A DNA stretch of 64,000 bases from Lama glama (Eukaryota), in assembly GCA_028534125.1 (NCBI GenBank), contig CM052818.1:17486001-17550000 (forward strand). Direction: 5' to 3'. Below the pieces are notes generated by a model. The model ran no database searches. It was not told the origin of the DNA and saw only the letters and a list, made by a program, of their open reading frames with translations. This document shows, piece after piece, positions 38,701 to 51,948 of the stretch. Every line of letters begins with the position of its first letter. The first letter of the stretch is position 1. The position numbers and the translations under genes were made by a program.

Positions 38701-39841
38701 GATGTAAGGGGAAGCACATTCGAGATACTGGCAACAGAAATGGAAAAGGCATCTGATGGTCTCACATTCCACAGTTTAATTTCTGATTTCTTTTGATGAT
38801 CATTTTATATCTCGGAACATATCGTTAATATACTAGTAATAGATTATACTCATTGAGAACTTACTTTACCAAGACATCACTTTAAACATTTTACTCTTTT
38901 AAAAAGATCTCATGTAACCTTTGTTAGATCTCCGAGGCAGATATGATCTGTATTCCCGGTTTTACTAAGGGAGGCAATGGCTTGTCTCACCTGGAATTGG
39001 AACACACATGCAGGCGCATTTGATGCTGAGTTCTTCTCTGCATGCCAAAGTCACGGCAATGCTCTCAGGATTCTCTCTCCACAAAAGAGTTTGCAACTCA
39101 AAATATTTTAAAAGATTATTTCAAAATATGCCTGTAAAACCAAATCTGATGAGAGAGGTAGGGGAGAGACTGCTCTGAGCCAGTAAATATGGATTCATCA
39201 AGACTAAAGTCTGAATAAGCAGGGTCTTGTGGAACGTGGGGTTGTTTTTGTTTTCTGGAAAATGTTGGACCCAGAAGGCATCTGCTTACATGAAAGGATA
39301 GAATGACAAGTGAAGAGAGAAAGCCAGGGGGTTTGACTCCTGTTCAGGTTTTATCTGCTCCATCATGCGGAATGATACACTAGAAAGGGTGTATGGATCT
39401 GAGGGAGTTTAAACCCAAGATAAATAAGAGAATTAGTGTTTTCAGACAGCAGAGCTGGAAGGGAGTTGTTTGAATGAAGAAAAAGATTTGAGTAAAAGCA
39501 ACACAGATGGAAGATCTGGAGGGGGTGGTTAAAACCCTGTAATTGCATTTTCACATCCACGAGAATACATACAGAGAAAAGATCTTGTTAATGAATACCA
39601 TGCAGAGGTCTGAGAATTTTGGTTTACTAAAATTTCAGATCAGCAACTAGTGAGTCTAACTATTAAAAAAGCCAGACAATATTGATGGAAGAATAATGCC
39701 TTAATTAAGGAAGAGAGCACACTGTTTAGTACCTAGCTTATGTATTGCATTTAAGTCAATGTATTCTGTTAAGATTTGCTTAGAATTAACAAACTGGGTA
39801 TCTGAAGGGTGAATGGTTAGGAAAATTTCTCTTGATGATTG

Positions 39842-40000
39842 ATAGAATGGAAAGCTATATTCAATATCTTGTATTAACCTATAATGAAAAAGAATATGAA
39901 AATCAGTATGTGTATGTATATGTGTGACTGAAACATTATGCTGTACACCAGAAATTGACACATTGTAACTGCCTATACTTCAATTAAAAGCAAAAAAGAA
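39842..40000 (+). mobile_element. Short young L1 3'-UTR fragment with A-rich tail (sense)
   Basis: ctatattcaatatcttgtattaacctataatgaaaaagaatatgaaa...gactgaaacattatgctgtacaccagaaattgacacattgtaactgcctatacttcaattaaaagcaaaaaag; reverse complement of the 10024 and 24005 copies. Confidence 0.88.
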
Positions 40001-41629
40001 GAATAGAAAATGAATTTCCAGGAGAAGACTTGAGCTACCGTTGCAAGGAAATGGTCTGCATAACTGTTTGCAAAAAGGGGAAGGGTTGTCATATGGAAAA
40101 AGGATACATGTTACACTTTATTGATCCATACTGCTGACATATTCAAGAGAAGTAACTTTTAGTTCAAAAGGATTTTCAAAAACAGGCTGCTTTGAGAAGT
40201 AGTAACATTACTGGCAGGTTTCAATGAAGTTCCCTTTGTCAGAGATATTTTAGAACAATTTCCTTCATCAGGAGAGAGTTTGGGCCTAAGACTTCTTTCC
40301 TATTCTAAGGTTTTTGTTATTTTATTATTCAATATTTTAAGACTCTTTGGCGAAAGTCCTCATTTCTTTTACCAGTTGTTTCCGGGTACATGGTGGGACA
40401 ATCTAAAATAATGGACCAGGAGGGATCCTATAAATTTTCCATGTTTATGGTCTCCAAATTACATAGTTGTTTGTAACTTTAAGTCTTAAATAATATGAAC
40501 AAATATAATGGAAATAAAGCATCAGTTTATGGACATTCTCTTAAACTATCAACAGGGGAACACTAGGACATTTTTATGTGAACAAGTCAATACATATTGT
40601 GTAGTCTAAATTAAAACCTAGGGGCAAAATATCCACTCAGCTGTATTTTTAAATTGTATTTGGTAACCACTATCATTCAGTCATGGAGAAACCAGACAAA
40701 AGGAGATGCTTAGAACTGACCCCTCCATTCAGGTGCCACCTTCTATCATTATTTTATTGCCAGAGACCTGATTTTGCATATACCGCCCCCCTACACACAT
40801 ATAAAGTTGGAAAAATAATTAGATTTGAAATTATTTTTTTATGTTGAAGTTTCTGCAAATTAAAGGGTCTGCTTCTTCAACACTTTTTTATTTCTAAACG
40901 TGGAGGGATATCTGATGTTCCCTTGGTAATGATGGTTGCTCTTCTCCATGTCCTACTTGTCACTTGCCTTATCCATCTAATTTAGCTTGACACAGAGGAT
41001 AAGGAACTCCCATGTGGCCAATGCCATCTCCCTTCTGCTTAACAAAGATTTTCCTTATATGGTAAATGTAGATTTGTTGTGTTAACTCTGTCAACATCGT
41101 GGAAGTATAATTGTATATAAATCAAAGCCATTGTCAATGTAATCATGCAGAATATATTATTCTTTTGTGTTTCTAGACCATCTTTATTATTTTGATGAGC
41201 TATATACAGCAGAAACCCAGGAAACGTTATTTTCTGTGTCACCAATAAATGAAAATAAATGCACTCTACAAATAAAAGTGAAAGATTGCTCTATGGGTAC
41301 ATCTGTACTACCTCAGTATTCTCCCAGGGTCTCAGGCACAGTGAATGTACTTACAATTTGGATGGAAAACATCGACTGTGAGTGTAGGGTCTTCATCACT
41401 CTATTGCAGTAATTTTTGCCAAAGCATCTCAGCATCCTGGTAGAAACCAGATTTGGCTGTTCAATTTTCTTTCTTTTTTTTTCTTTAAATTTTTCTGCTA
41501 AATTTTCCATTCATTGCCCAACAGTGGTTCTCACAAATTGAATGCTTATAAATGAAAATATATTATGGTATATGAAAATTCAGAAGGCTATTGAAGAATA
41601 GAATTATAGAACCAGAAAGAACAATCTAG

Positions 41630-41720
41630 AAAATGAAGGTGTTAAGTGAGGAAACTGAGACAGCAGAAGAGTTAAGCAATCTGTTCAAGGTCACAAATTC
41701 AGTTAGGGATGAAAACTGCA
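41630..41720 (-). mobile_element. MIR core fragment
   Basis: tgaggaaactgagacagcagaagagttaagcaatctgttcaaggtcaca. Confidence 0.65.
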
Positions 41721-41869
41721 GATACTTTGATCTTTTGGCTACCATTCATTGTTCTTTCTATTATGGAAATTTTCTAGCACAAATAGAGAAAAGAACATGA
41801 TAGATTTTGGTGAATTCATCACCCAAAGTTAACATTTAGGTCATTTGCCAAAAAATGTTCATGTATTTT

Positions 41870-42556
41870 GATTAAACTTGTGCATTACTTTTTTATTCTA
41901 AGATATTTTGCTTAATGTCTTTTCCTCCCCTTATGAGAACGTATGCATTTCTGTTGGATCATCTCATTCTTAGATAGTTTTCTGAAGACTGACATCTTTG
42001 TATTATTCAAAAATGCCTGTTTTTACATTCAACAGTGAAGTTTCAGTTTAGTAGCAAGCTGTGTGATTGTTTTCTTCTTTTTCCCCCCAATAATTTAAAT
42101 GATTATTTTCACTTCCTGTCATACTGCAATGATTGATATGTCTAAAACAAAGCTAAAATGTAAACACTTATTTTTTGCTTTAATGGGAATGCTTTTAGTG
42201 TTAAGCATGATGTGGGCAGTTGATTTAATGTAGATTTGGTTATATCATGCCAAGGAATATTTTTGTATTTCCAGTTTACTAAGTGAGGTTTTTAAAAATC
42301 AAGAATGGCATTGGATTTACCAAATATCCTTACAGAATCTTTTTTTTTTTTTTACTTAAGTATAGTTGATTTACAGTGTTGTGTTAATTTCTGGTGTACA
42401 GCATAGTAAATCATATACATATACATATACATGTATATATATTCCATGTCTGTGAGTCTGTTTCTGTTTTGTAAATAAGTTCACTTGTGTCCTTTTTTTA
42501 GATTCCACAGATAAGTGAAGTAGTATTAGAATGGAATACTGAGTAGTATTCCATTT

Positions 42557-42599
<43 letters not shown>

Positions 42600-42835
42600 A
42601 TTTATATGCACACCACAGCTTCTTTAACTAGTCACCTGTTGATGGACATTTAGGTTGCTTCTATGTCTTGGCTCTAGATTCTATCTTAATGACTGCATCC
42701 TTTTTTTAGGTTCCATAGATAAGTGATATCATATGGTATTTCTCTTTCTCTTTCTGGCTTACTTCACTTAGAATGATGACTGCCTAATTTTAAAACATTG
42801 CAGCATTCTTGGTATACACACAACATGGTCATACA
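41870..42835 (-). mobile_element. Old L1M ORF2-region fragment interrupted by a younger L1 (42340-42780)
   Basis: ttaatgggaatgcttttagtgttaagcatgatg...tatttccagtttactaag...aaaatcaagaatgg before the insert; cctaattttaaaacattgcagcattcttggtata...catggtcat after it. Confidence 0.6.
42340..42780 (-). mobile_element. Younger cetartiodactyl-type L1 3' end, internally rearranged, with an (AT)n(GT)n microsatellite at about 42557-42600
   Basis: poly(T)-aagtatagttgatttacagtgttgtgttaatttctggtgtacagc; tgtgagtctgtttctgttttgtaaataagttc; gatggacatttaggttgc; ctggcttacttcacttagaatga. Confidence 0.85.
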
Positions 42836-42839
42836 TGGC

Positions 42840-43012
42840 ATCTGAAGTCAGAAAGAACCAAGCACTAGTCCTCGGTTTACACTTCATGGCTATGTAACCC
42901 TGGGCCACATTTCCTCATCTGTAAAATGATCATAATAATAGTCATCTCAGAATTGTAAAGTTAAAGCCAGTTATTATACAAAACGTCTCACACAGACTGA
43001 CTCAGTAAATGG
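42840..43012 (+). mobile_element. MIR SINE
   Basis: tctgaagtcagaaag...gctatgtaaccctgggccacatttcctcatctgtaaaatgatcataataatag. Confidence 0.7.
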
Positions 43013-43299
43013 CACTACGCACAGCAGACCTCGTTCTCAGAATGGGGGGGTATTCATTTGTATGCTATTGAGTATACGTAGGGAATATGCCAATTGGGAT
43101 TTTTGTAACAATCCTGATAATAGAAATTGGCCTGTGGATTTGGGATCGGTGTATATGTGTGGGTGCCTCATTTCCCTGGCTTTTGTATGAGGCAGTTCTA
43201 GTTTTATGAAGTCAGATGAGTGGTCTTCTGTCATTTTCTGTATTCTGAAGCAGGCTCCATCACTCGGAAGTACCTGTTTCTAGGCTGTGCTCCCCCAAA

Positions 43300-43490
43300 G
43301 GCAGCGTAGCACAGTCGTCATTATTTGTTAAGGTAAACAAACCTGGATTCAAATCCAGATTATTCAGCTGATCAGCAGAGAGACTTGGGGCGAGTGACTA
43401 CATATGCTTCTACCTCAGCTTCTGTATCTATAAAAATGAAGGTAGTAACAGCAGCACCTGCCTCTCAGAGTTGAAGTGAGGATTCAGTCA
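43300..43490 (+). mobile_element. MIR SINE
   Basis: ggcagcgtagcacagt...acctggattcaaatccag...gacttggggcgagtgact...cctcagcttctgtatctataaaaatg...gtgaggatt. Confidence 0.7.
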
Positions 43491-43619
43491 GTATTTAGTT
43501 AGTGTTTATGTTGTGACCATTAGGGGCCAGAACTGTGTTCAGTGGTAACAGTAAAAAAGATCAAACTGGGAACTTAGGAAGTGGTCATTGACAATTAAAG
43601 CTTATTGTTTATACAGCCT

Positions 43620-43885
43620 AGTAGACACAGGAAACAAACTTACGGTTACAAGGGAGGTAAGGTGAGAGGGTGGAGGGATAAATTGGGAGGTTGGGATTTG
43701 CAGATAGTAATTACTGTATATAAAATAGGTAAATAACATGGTCCTACTGCGTAGCACAGGGAACTATATTCAATATCTTATAATAGCCTGTAATGAAGAA
43801 GAATATGAAAAGGAATATATATATATGTATAACTGAATCACTGTGCTGCATGTTGTAAACTGACTATACTTTAATTAAAATTTTT
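43620..43885 (+). mobile_element. L1 3'-UTR fragment of the same family, longer copy (about 265 nt)
   Basis: agacacaggaaacaaacttacggttacaaggg...gggataaattgggaggttgggatttgcagata...tatataaaatag...gtcctactgcgtagcacagggaactatattcaatatctt...tgactatactttaattaaaa. Confidence 0.88.
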
Positions 43886-46569
43886 AAGTATTTAAAATAT
43901 AAAAAACTGATAGTTTATATTATTATCAGGATTATTAATAAATAAGGTGTAAATTGTCTAGGTCAAGAGCCTTGACACTGGTAATTTCTGCAGTTATTTT
44001 TCTCTAGTTTTATCAGTTTCAGCTTTACAGCAGTGCATAAACATAGCTATCTAGATAGCTGAGAAGGTATTTATTACTTCTTTGTCAAGGGATTGACAGT
44101 TTGTACAAAATTTTTATTGCAGTATTGGGTTAGAACAAATTATGTCCTAGAAAGTAGCATGTGACAATATTTGTGATAGAATAATTCTAAAGACAGTAAG
44201 ATATTATAGAATAATAGTAATTTTTTTTAAAACCCCTTATAGTTTCTTTAAATATTAAAGAGGTGGTGAGTACAATAATGACTGGGTAGACTGAGGGACA
44301 GTATGACACCATTTAAACTAGGAGAATTTTGGCTGACAAGAGAATAGAAAAGGAGGCGTCTTTTAGAAGGGAAAAAATAATACATGTTCCTTCAAAAAAA
44401 TAAGTTGGATTAAAATTAACGTGTGACTCCTGAATGGATAAATTCAGCAGTACTTTTGAAACCCTCAGCTAGTGTGTGTGTGAAAGGCAGCAAAATGGAC
44501 CTTTTGATGTTGAAGGCATTTTTAGGCGTTAACATCAATTCTCTGTCTCTCTCTCTCTTTTTTTTTTTTTTTTTGCATTTATTTGGAGAACTTGAGTGTT
44601 ACCTACTTTTTAATTGATAATCATGTATTGTGCATATTAACCACATATCTTTCGAAACCAGTGCATTTTGGAAATCTGTGTTAATGTCAATATAGCCATT
44701 CCTTAGGAAAGTGCATTGAGATATCTGGCTATTATAGTGTAAATTGGACATTATATTTTAAGCTAAATGATGAGTCAGCAATGTAGTAAAAACAAAAATA
44801 AAATAAAATGCCAAGATAGCATTTACATTTATAAGGTGAACTTACAAATCTGTCCTGAAAATATGGTCATAATGTCTTTTTATGGCATATATTGGAGTAT
44901 AAAATATATTGTCATGGCAACGTTTGAGATAACTGATAGAGCTAATTAAAACAGGAAAGTGTATTATTATTTCAAAGGAATATGGAATAATTTAATTTTG
45001 ACTAGGAAAGCTAATCAAAAGCTTAATGTCAACAAACCAGTTGTGCTGGGTTCACATTTGTTGCATCTTGGCCCAAACTTAAAATGCTTCCCATATCTCT
45101 TACTCATCCATCATTAAGTGTAATTGTTAAGTCTTGTGAGTTAATCATAGATTGTTCTTTGTCAGTTGTTAACTGAGTGCAACCAGAGCCAATATTAGAT
45201 GTTCTCCTCTCTCTCTCTCTCTCTCTCTTTTTTTTTTTTTAACATCAAACTGTGCTCTTGGCTTGAAGAGAAAGTGTTTCGGGTTTTTTGATTCATTTTA
45301 CAGGGCAGCACTAGTTTTACCATTAGGATTCCTTGCGTAAAGCATTCTCTTAGAGCTGGCATTCTTGGGCAGCATCTTGGAAAAATTAGCTCAAATTAAA
45401 AATGGTATCGTTAAAAGCTAGACCCATGCTTACAGGCTTAGAGAGAAAGAAAAGATGGTAAAGACTGAGAGACCAATTTCAAACAACTAAGATAAAAGTT
45501 AAACAATTTGAAGAATTTTGACTTTTAAATAGAAAACTTGAAATATTTATGGAGGGGGAGTATTAAAAGGGTCTGAGATGTGGTCATTATGTTTTGAAGA
45601 GAGAAGTTAAATGAGATTTTAAAAAGAACAAGATTATATTAACATTTCTAATCATGACCTCAAAGTTAATTTAAAAATTTGAATAATTATAAATAAAAAT
45701 ACTTTTATTGGGCCAATCCGTATTTCAAATTTCAGCAACTCTACTTGTTAAAATATGTTTGTTATTGTGATACAAGAAATAGCTAAAGATGATTTATTTC
45801 ATTTCTTCTAAAACCACTTAAAGGCTTCCTATAACAGTACTGTACAATACTGGTTTTGATACAACAAAACTGGTTACAGAATTCATATCTGTATTTACTT
45901 GACTATTGATCATGACACATGGAAACTTGATCTGCTGGAAAATTATTAATATATCTTTTTAAGTATTAGGTTTATCATTACTGGAAAACTAAAATGAACT
46001 CTCTCATTTCCTTTCCAATTGAGTCACAAATTTAATTTAGCAAAAAACTCCACGGCTCTCTTTGTTGTGATGATATATTCTGTTGGATTTGATTGGAACT
46101 TTGAGCACATCTTTCCAAAATGACAACTAATGCTAAAAATAATTTAAATAAATGTGTTATCTGGAGGGAAAAAAATACTAGGTAAAAACAGGGATGCAGG
46201 CAAGGGAGCTGAGAGTGAAGATACTGGCCATTTTTCTAATTGCTCCTCCACTAGACAGTCTCTGGGCATCTGGTGATATTCAGAATCAGAATAAAACCTA
46301 AAGGGCATTGTGCTTCCATTGCTGTGCCCAGAGTTCCTGAAGTACGAGAAAACCGACTCTGTCCCTAAGCTAGGTGAAGATTTGGCCTACTAGTAATTCT
46401 GAACACCTGGGCTCATTTAATTCCCATGAATGAAAAGTTGCTGGGCTCTGCCTACCTCCATCTTGGCAAGTTTATCAGTGTTCGAAGCCTCACAAAGTGA
46501 TAAGGGTTTTAGGCCCCAAGACCCTCCGTTTTGGGTCTCTCTTCTACTTCCAGATGTTGAAAGGTGCAG

Positions 46570-46800
46570 AGGAAAGCAACATGATGTGACCGAAAAACAT
46601 TAGTTTGGAACGAAATAGGCCTGAGTTGGGTGTGAATGGATAGATGATTTAGTTCTGTTATTTCAGAGAAGTCACCTACTTGCTTTGAGTTTCAAACATC
46701 CTCAACATGATGATTGTAAGGCTGACAAATAGAGTTGTTATGAGGATTAAAAGAGTGAGAGTTTGAAAGGTGATTGATGTATGCTTGGTCTATACAAGAG
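46570..46800 (+). mobile_element. MIR SINE (degraded)
   Basis: aagcaacatgatgtg...ggcctgagtt...aagtcacctacttgctttgagtttca...agagttgttatgaggattaaa. Confidence 0.55.
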
Positions 46801-46892
46801 CAAGGATTCTAGATCTTTCTGTTTTCAAGAGGCTAACTAATATCACATCTAAACTGTGATCTCTTTTTAGCATCTTGGACCCCTTCTGAGAA

Positions 46893-47105
46893 GCAGAGTA
46901 GTTAAGGATGGTTAAGAAACCAGATTTCTTGAGACCAGATCACAGCTCTGATGCTTATTAGACATGTGTTTGGGGGCAAGTTATTAAAGCTTTTAAGGCT
47001 CAGCATCCTCATCAAATAAATGGAAATAAGAACATGTAATATAATATCATATTCCTTGTAAACTGCTTAGGAGTTCCGGGAACATAGCAGTGTTCAGAAA
47101 GGTAG
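46893..47105 (+). mobile_element. MIR SINE
   Basis: gatggttaaga...cagctctgatgcttattag...gggcaagttattaaagcttttaaggctcagcatcctcatc...aaatggaaataag...tgcttaggagttccgggaacatag. Confidence 0.65.
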
Positions 47106-47107
47106 CT

Positions 47108-47231
47108 ATCATCACCATCACCATTACCATCATCATCACCATCACCATCACCACCATCACCATCACCACCATCATCATCACCATCACCACCATCATCATC
47201 ACCATCACCATCATCATCAACATCATTATCA
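47108..47231. repeat. Compound (CAT/CAC)n trinucleotide repeat, about 120 nt
   Basis: atcatcaccatcaccattaccatcatcatcaccatcacc... read directly; it produces the D/G-rich and I/T-rich ORFs in the track. Confidence 0.97.
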
Positions 47232-49007
47232 GGCATCTGTTGCCAAATAAAGCACTTCTTGAATTTCCACACTCTTTTGGGAAGCTTTGGCACTATTACA
47301 AAACAGTGCATAAGGTATATATGGTTTCCATTTGGCCTTAGAATGACATCTGTGATTAATTTCTCAGTGGGTGTTTACCTTCTCGGTTAGGTTTGATTTG
47401 TGTTCATTTTGAAAGAGTGGACATGTTTGCAGGGGAAGTGTGTAAGTTAGATATGAGATCACAGCATATTAATCTTGCTGTGATATTTCCTAATTAAAGA
47501 TTTATCACAGATAACCTGAAGTTCTTTGGAGAAGACTGTTCATCAAATGAGACATGCCTTCCTATAGAGTACTGGCTTTTCAACAATTGGCAGGAGAGAC
47601 CTTTAAGTGTCTTTTGTACTTCAGTGGGTATCCGCCCTTCAGTTCTTGCTTCATAGAAGGACATTTTTCACAGACAAGCCTTGTCCTTTTGCTCAACAGG
47701 GTCAATGAGCAGCTGTACCCTAAAGTTCTCAAGGTTCTTTTTCCCTCAGGATATAGGGGATCAGTTATTTGGGGGTGGGGGAAGCAAGGGAACAGCCAAC
47801 TAGACAGAAAGAACAGCAGAGGTCCTGAGATGGGACAGAATGTGGTACATTCCTGGAAATTAAAGGCCAGTGTGACAGAGCAGTGAGAGAGAGAACGAAC
47901 ATGTTCTTTTGATAGATAGCTACTAACTTGACTTTGCTCCCGAGATTTCTCTCTCAGCCTGGCATTAGTCTCTTACCAGAATCCACAGATCTCTTCAAAA
48001 TACCCTGCGGCTTTTCCTGGGGAACCATGAAAAGGGATGATTACTGCTCCGGAGAAGTTAACAATGACTACTTCGAGTTCAAAGTGTTCATAAATTATTT
48101 GGATTTAAGCACTCTGTGTGTTTTTGGCTTCAGACTTTTAGGCCAAATTGCAGGAAAAATTCATCTTTTGACTTCATTTATTTGAGATGTTTCTGAAAAA
48201 AAAAAGTGGATGAACTGGATGAAAAATCTCTCTTCTTGTTTGAAGTGACCTGTTCATTGCCTTGGACACCCACATTTTAAGGACTCAAGCATTGGACTTA
48301 GTTCATTTTCTCTTCCAGGTGTGTGAAACAGGGGCATGAAAAGGTCAAAGGTAGAAACTTCTCTTTCTTCGACTAATTTGTAGAGGGTACTTGAAAAACT
48401 AGTTGAATGATTTCAAACAGTATTTTTAAGGTGAAAATGTACAGAGAACTCTTGCTACATCTTGAGATAAAAGAGCTCTCTAGAGACATAAGTTAACAAG
48501 ACATTCTACCCCACAAAGAAACTGAACGTGTTACATTAGCTTTGAAATAAAAGCATAGAATGATGAATCACTTTTTGACATTGTGGAAGTAAATGACTTT
48601 TGGAAAATGTGGTGAGTCCCTGTTGATTCAGAAAGTCTTTATATATTAGATTTCATAAAGCACATTGATGAATGAAACTTAGGAACAATTACATGAATGT
48701 CAAGATTTGTACTGTTAGGTTCTACATTTATAGCAACAACATTGCATTCTTAGATTGGAAGATTTTTAAAATGTGATTAGCTATCTGTTTTCCAATTGCT
48801 TTATGTCTGCAAATGAAATATTTTGTTTTTTTATGCATAATTCCATAATCTAGTTTTATCTCCTAGACAAACTTTCTGGATAGTATCTACATGTGTTCGT
48901 ATATAATTTACATATCTCTGTCACTACAAAGAATCCATATATTTATCTCTGAATCTGCATTTGTATATAAAGAGCATCTGTCTATACACATACATGTTTT
49001 TCTCTCC

Positions 49008-49325
49008 TCAGGGCCTATGCACATACTGTTTCCTCTGCCTGGAAAACCCTTATCTCACTATTGATTTCTTCATATCTTCAGCTCCTTTAAGAGGCTTTCC
49101 TTAATAACCCAATGCCTCTCACAACACCCTGTCCTTTTCCTTCTTGACATTTAGCAGACTTTTATATGCTAATGTAAATTTTAATATATAAAAAATAATG
49201 AGAGATTTAAAGCTCCATAGTGGCAGTGGCACTGTCCTGTTAACCACAGTTTATCCAGAATTTAGAAGAATGTCAGGAATATACTGGGAAATCCATTTGC
49301 ACTTGTTGAGTGAATGAATGGATGA
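49008..49325 (+). mobile_element. L2 3' terminus
   Basis: tcagggcctatgcacatactgtttcctctgcctggaa...aagctccatagtggcag...gttgagtgaatgaatgg. Confidence 0.78.
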
Positions 49326-51948
49326 TTAAGTTGAAGACTCAACTCATGCGTTCCGATATTTCCAAAACTTTAGTGTCATTTATGCAAGAAAATCATAAAA
49401 TTTTGGGAAGTGAATGTATATAAATACAATGAACAAATACATTTAAAAATTTTTTTGAGTCTGGAGAGAGTGGTACAGTGTTTTCGTGAAATGCACTGTA
49501 CCTAATAGATACTTGCTAATGTTTCTTGACATTATTTTATTTTCATGGCAGTATTATTGTTTTGTTTTGATGAATAAAGGTCATAACCATCAGGGGCTTC
49601 AGCCTTTGAGATTCTACATTCTCTCCTGAAAACTCTTTTGTGTCAGCATTACACACATAAACATAGATTTATTTTTGATGCCTGTAGAAATTATTACTTA
49701 CCACACTGGGGATAATAGAGCCTTGCTGATTCAATGGAAAATAGTCTTTGGTGAATGCATTTTTCTGCCCATATGCACACATACGCTTTTTCTAAGGATG
49801 TAGACAGGTAGTCCTGCCCTAGAAGGCAAGAATAAAGAAAAGGAGAGAGGTAGCATTGTCAGCTTTTCTCTCGGAATGCATTTCAAATTAGGGCTCTGCT
49901 TGAGGCTTGTGAAAAACAAGATAGCATTATTTAAAAGTCAGTTCATCAAACACACTTGAAAATACCACCTCACTATTAGTGTTCTGGTTGCAAGTCACAA
50001 TTTACAAACACAATTTTTAAAAATGATATCCCTTCCAAACCAACTTTTCTGTTTCATGTATGGCTTATAAGCATTCGCCAACTGAGTCAGTCAAAATAAT
50101 TGCATTTATCTCTTGATATGTTTTTATTTAAAAAAATGTTTAGATACAAAGGTTAGTTTTGTTTTACCTATAACCTAGTTACTAAGGTAACATTTACCAT
50201 GCAGACGATGAATTCACCATCCAAAGATGCTTTGTCTCTTGTCTGAAAAAATATTGTGCTCTGTGCAATGAAATGTAATTATATAGTCACCGCTGCATGA
50301 AAATGATGGTTCTAGGATACAAGTGAGTGAAATCCACAAATAATCCCAAACCTCTTTTATAGGAAAACCGTTGTATGTAGAATTGCCAAGAACTAGTGGA
50401 AGTGATAGAGCTGAATGTCCTGTCCCTGTCCACTTCAGAGAGAAGCAGAGAAACAAAGGTTATCGTTTTAATCAGCACTTGAAACACAATGTTTATTGCC
50501 CACAGTTTCCTGAATGACCATAAAATGTGATCAAAGCTTATTTAACACCCAACTAAGGGTTGTTATGGCACCAATAATACAACAGCCCAAAAAAACATAA
50601 ACAAAAAAACAAGCTATATCTGATCAGCTCAGTGCATTTTGGACAAGGCTTAACTTAAGCCAGTGTGACCTTAGATCTCCATGCAACCCAAGGAGTTTCT
50701 CATGATGCCAGACTACTGAGCTAAATGTTCAAACCAGAGGTCTTACCTGTGAAAAATTAAGAAGCTGACATAGACTACCAGTCAGTGCCCGTTTTTTGCT
50801 CTGTTTGATTTCTGCTTTTTTATTATTATTCAAGAGGAAAAAAAGCTTAATGGTAGAACACATTCTTTATCTGTAAGGACACGTGGAAAGATGAGTGTTT
50901 CTATTTTATGGTGGTTGCTATTTATTTCAGTGGATGGGAATGCAGAATCAATGATCTCAGTGAGAAATCTCTGATCCCCAAGAGGATGAGTTAGCTTTAT
51001 TTTGTTCTGTGGCACCATGCAGAGAGAGATACGCTGTTTGGACTATGGGAAGGTGCCATGAAAAAGACTTCATGACGTTTCTGAAGCCGGAGCCACCCTG
51101 GAAAACTGCATAATGGTTTGAGAATATATTTTAAAATATAAAGGATAATGCAGTATTGGCTCCACCAGCGAAATAAACAAAATAGAGATAGTTTCAAAAT
51201 ATCGACCTTAGAGTGATTGCTCCTTTCCAAGGTGTGCCCACCAATCATTTAGTGGGCCAGTTTCATCCCAACATTGCTCTGATTCTTGATTTAATTTTAT
51301 CTAAGGAGAGATAATGCGAGGAAATGGAGGCATTAAAGAGTCGGTGTTACCGCCAGAACTCAGGGTCTGTCCGTCCTCAAGAGAAGAACTCATTGACCTT
51401 TATTCTTACCACCACCACCCAGTCCTACATGCCTGGCAAGGCAAAGGTTCTTACCCATAAAGACAAGTCTCTCCTTCCCCAATGCAGATAAGGGGTAATA
51501 ATTTTCTGGGGGAAGAACACATGTGGCTTACAAAAGGTTACAAAAGCCTCCTAGGTCACTCTGAGACATCGACCTAGTGGGATAGCCCCTTTCCTCCTGT
51601 AAATTGAAGAATTCCTCATTTAAAAATATAATCCTAGGGCTCATATATTTTATAAATTTTGAAAAAAAACTAAGACTTAAAATCAAATGTAAGTTCCTTT
51701 AATTCATATCAAAAACTAGCTAGTACTTTCCTTCTCTCTTTTTGTTTTTCTTTTGTACTAACTGCTTTTCCATCCATTTAGGCTTTTCATAGAACCGTAG
51801 TATCATTGAGGTGGGAGGGGACACAGAGGGGTGTCTAATCAAGCCGTCTCTGCTTCAGTACAACCAGTGGTTGGACAGTTCACCCATAGGTGAACATCAT
51901 TAGATTTTAGAATGTTCCCTCTTTAGCCAAATGGTAGATCAATGCCCT

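Noticed and set aside
47012..47341. Asp/Gly-rich and Ile/Thr-rich ORFs
   Set aside because: Translations of the (CAT/CAC)n microsatellite.
48301..48356. Acceptor ttttctcttccag|GT with nearby AAG|gt donors
   Set aside because: The donors (gtcaaa, gtagaa, gtgtgt) are poor matches to consensus.
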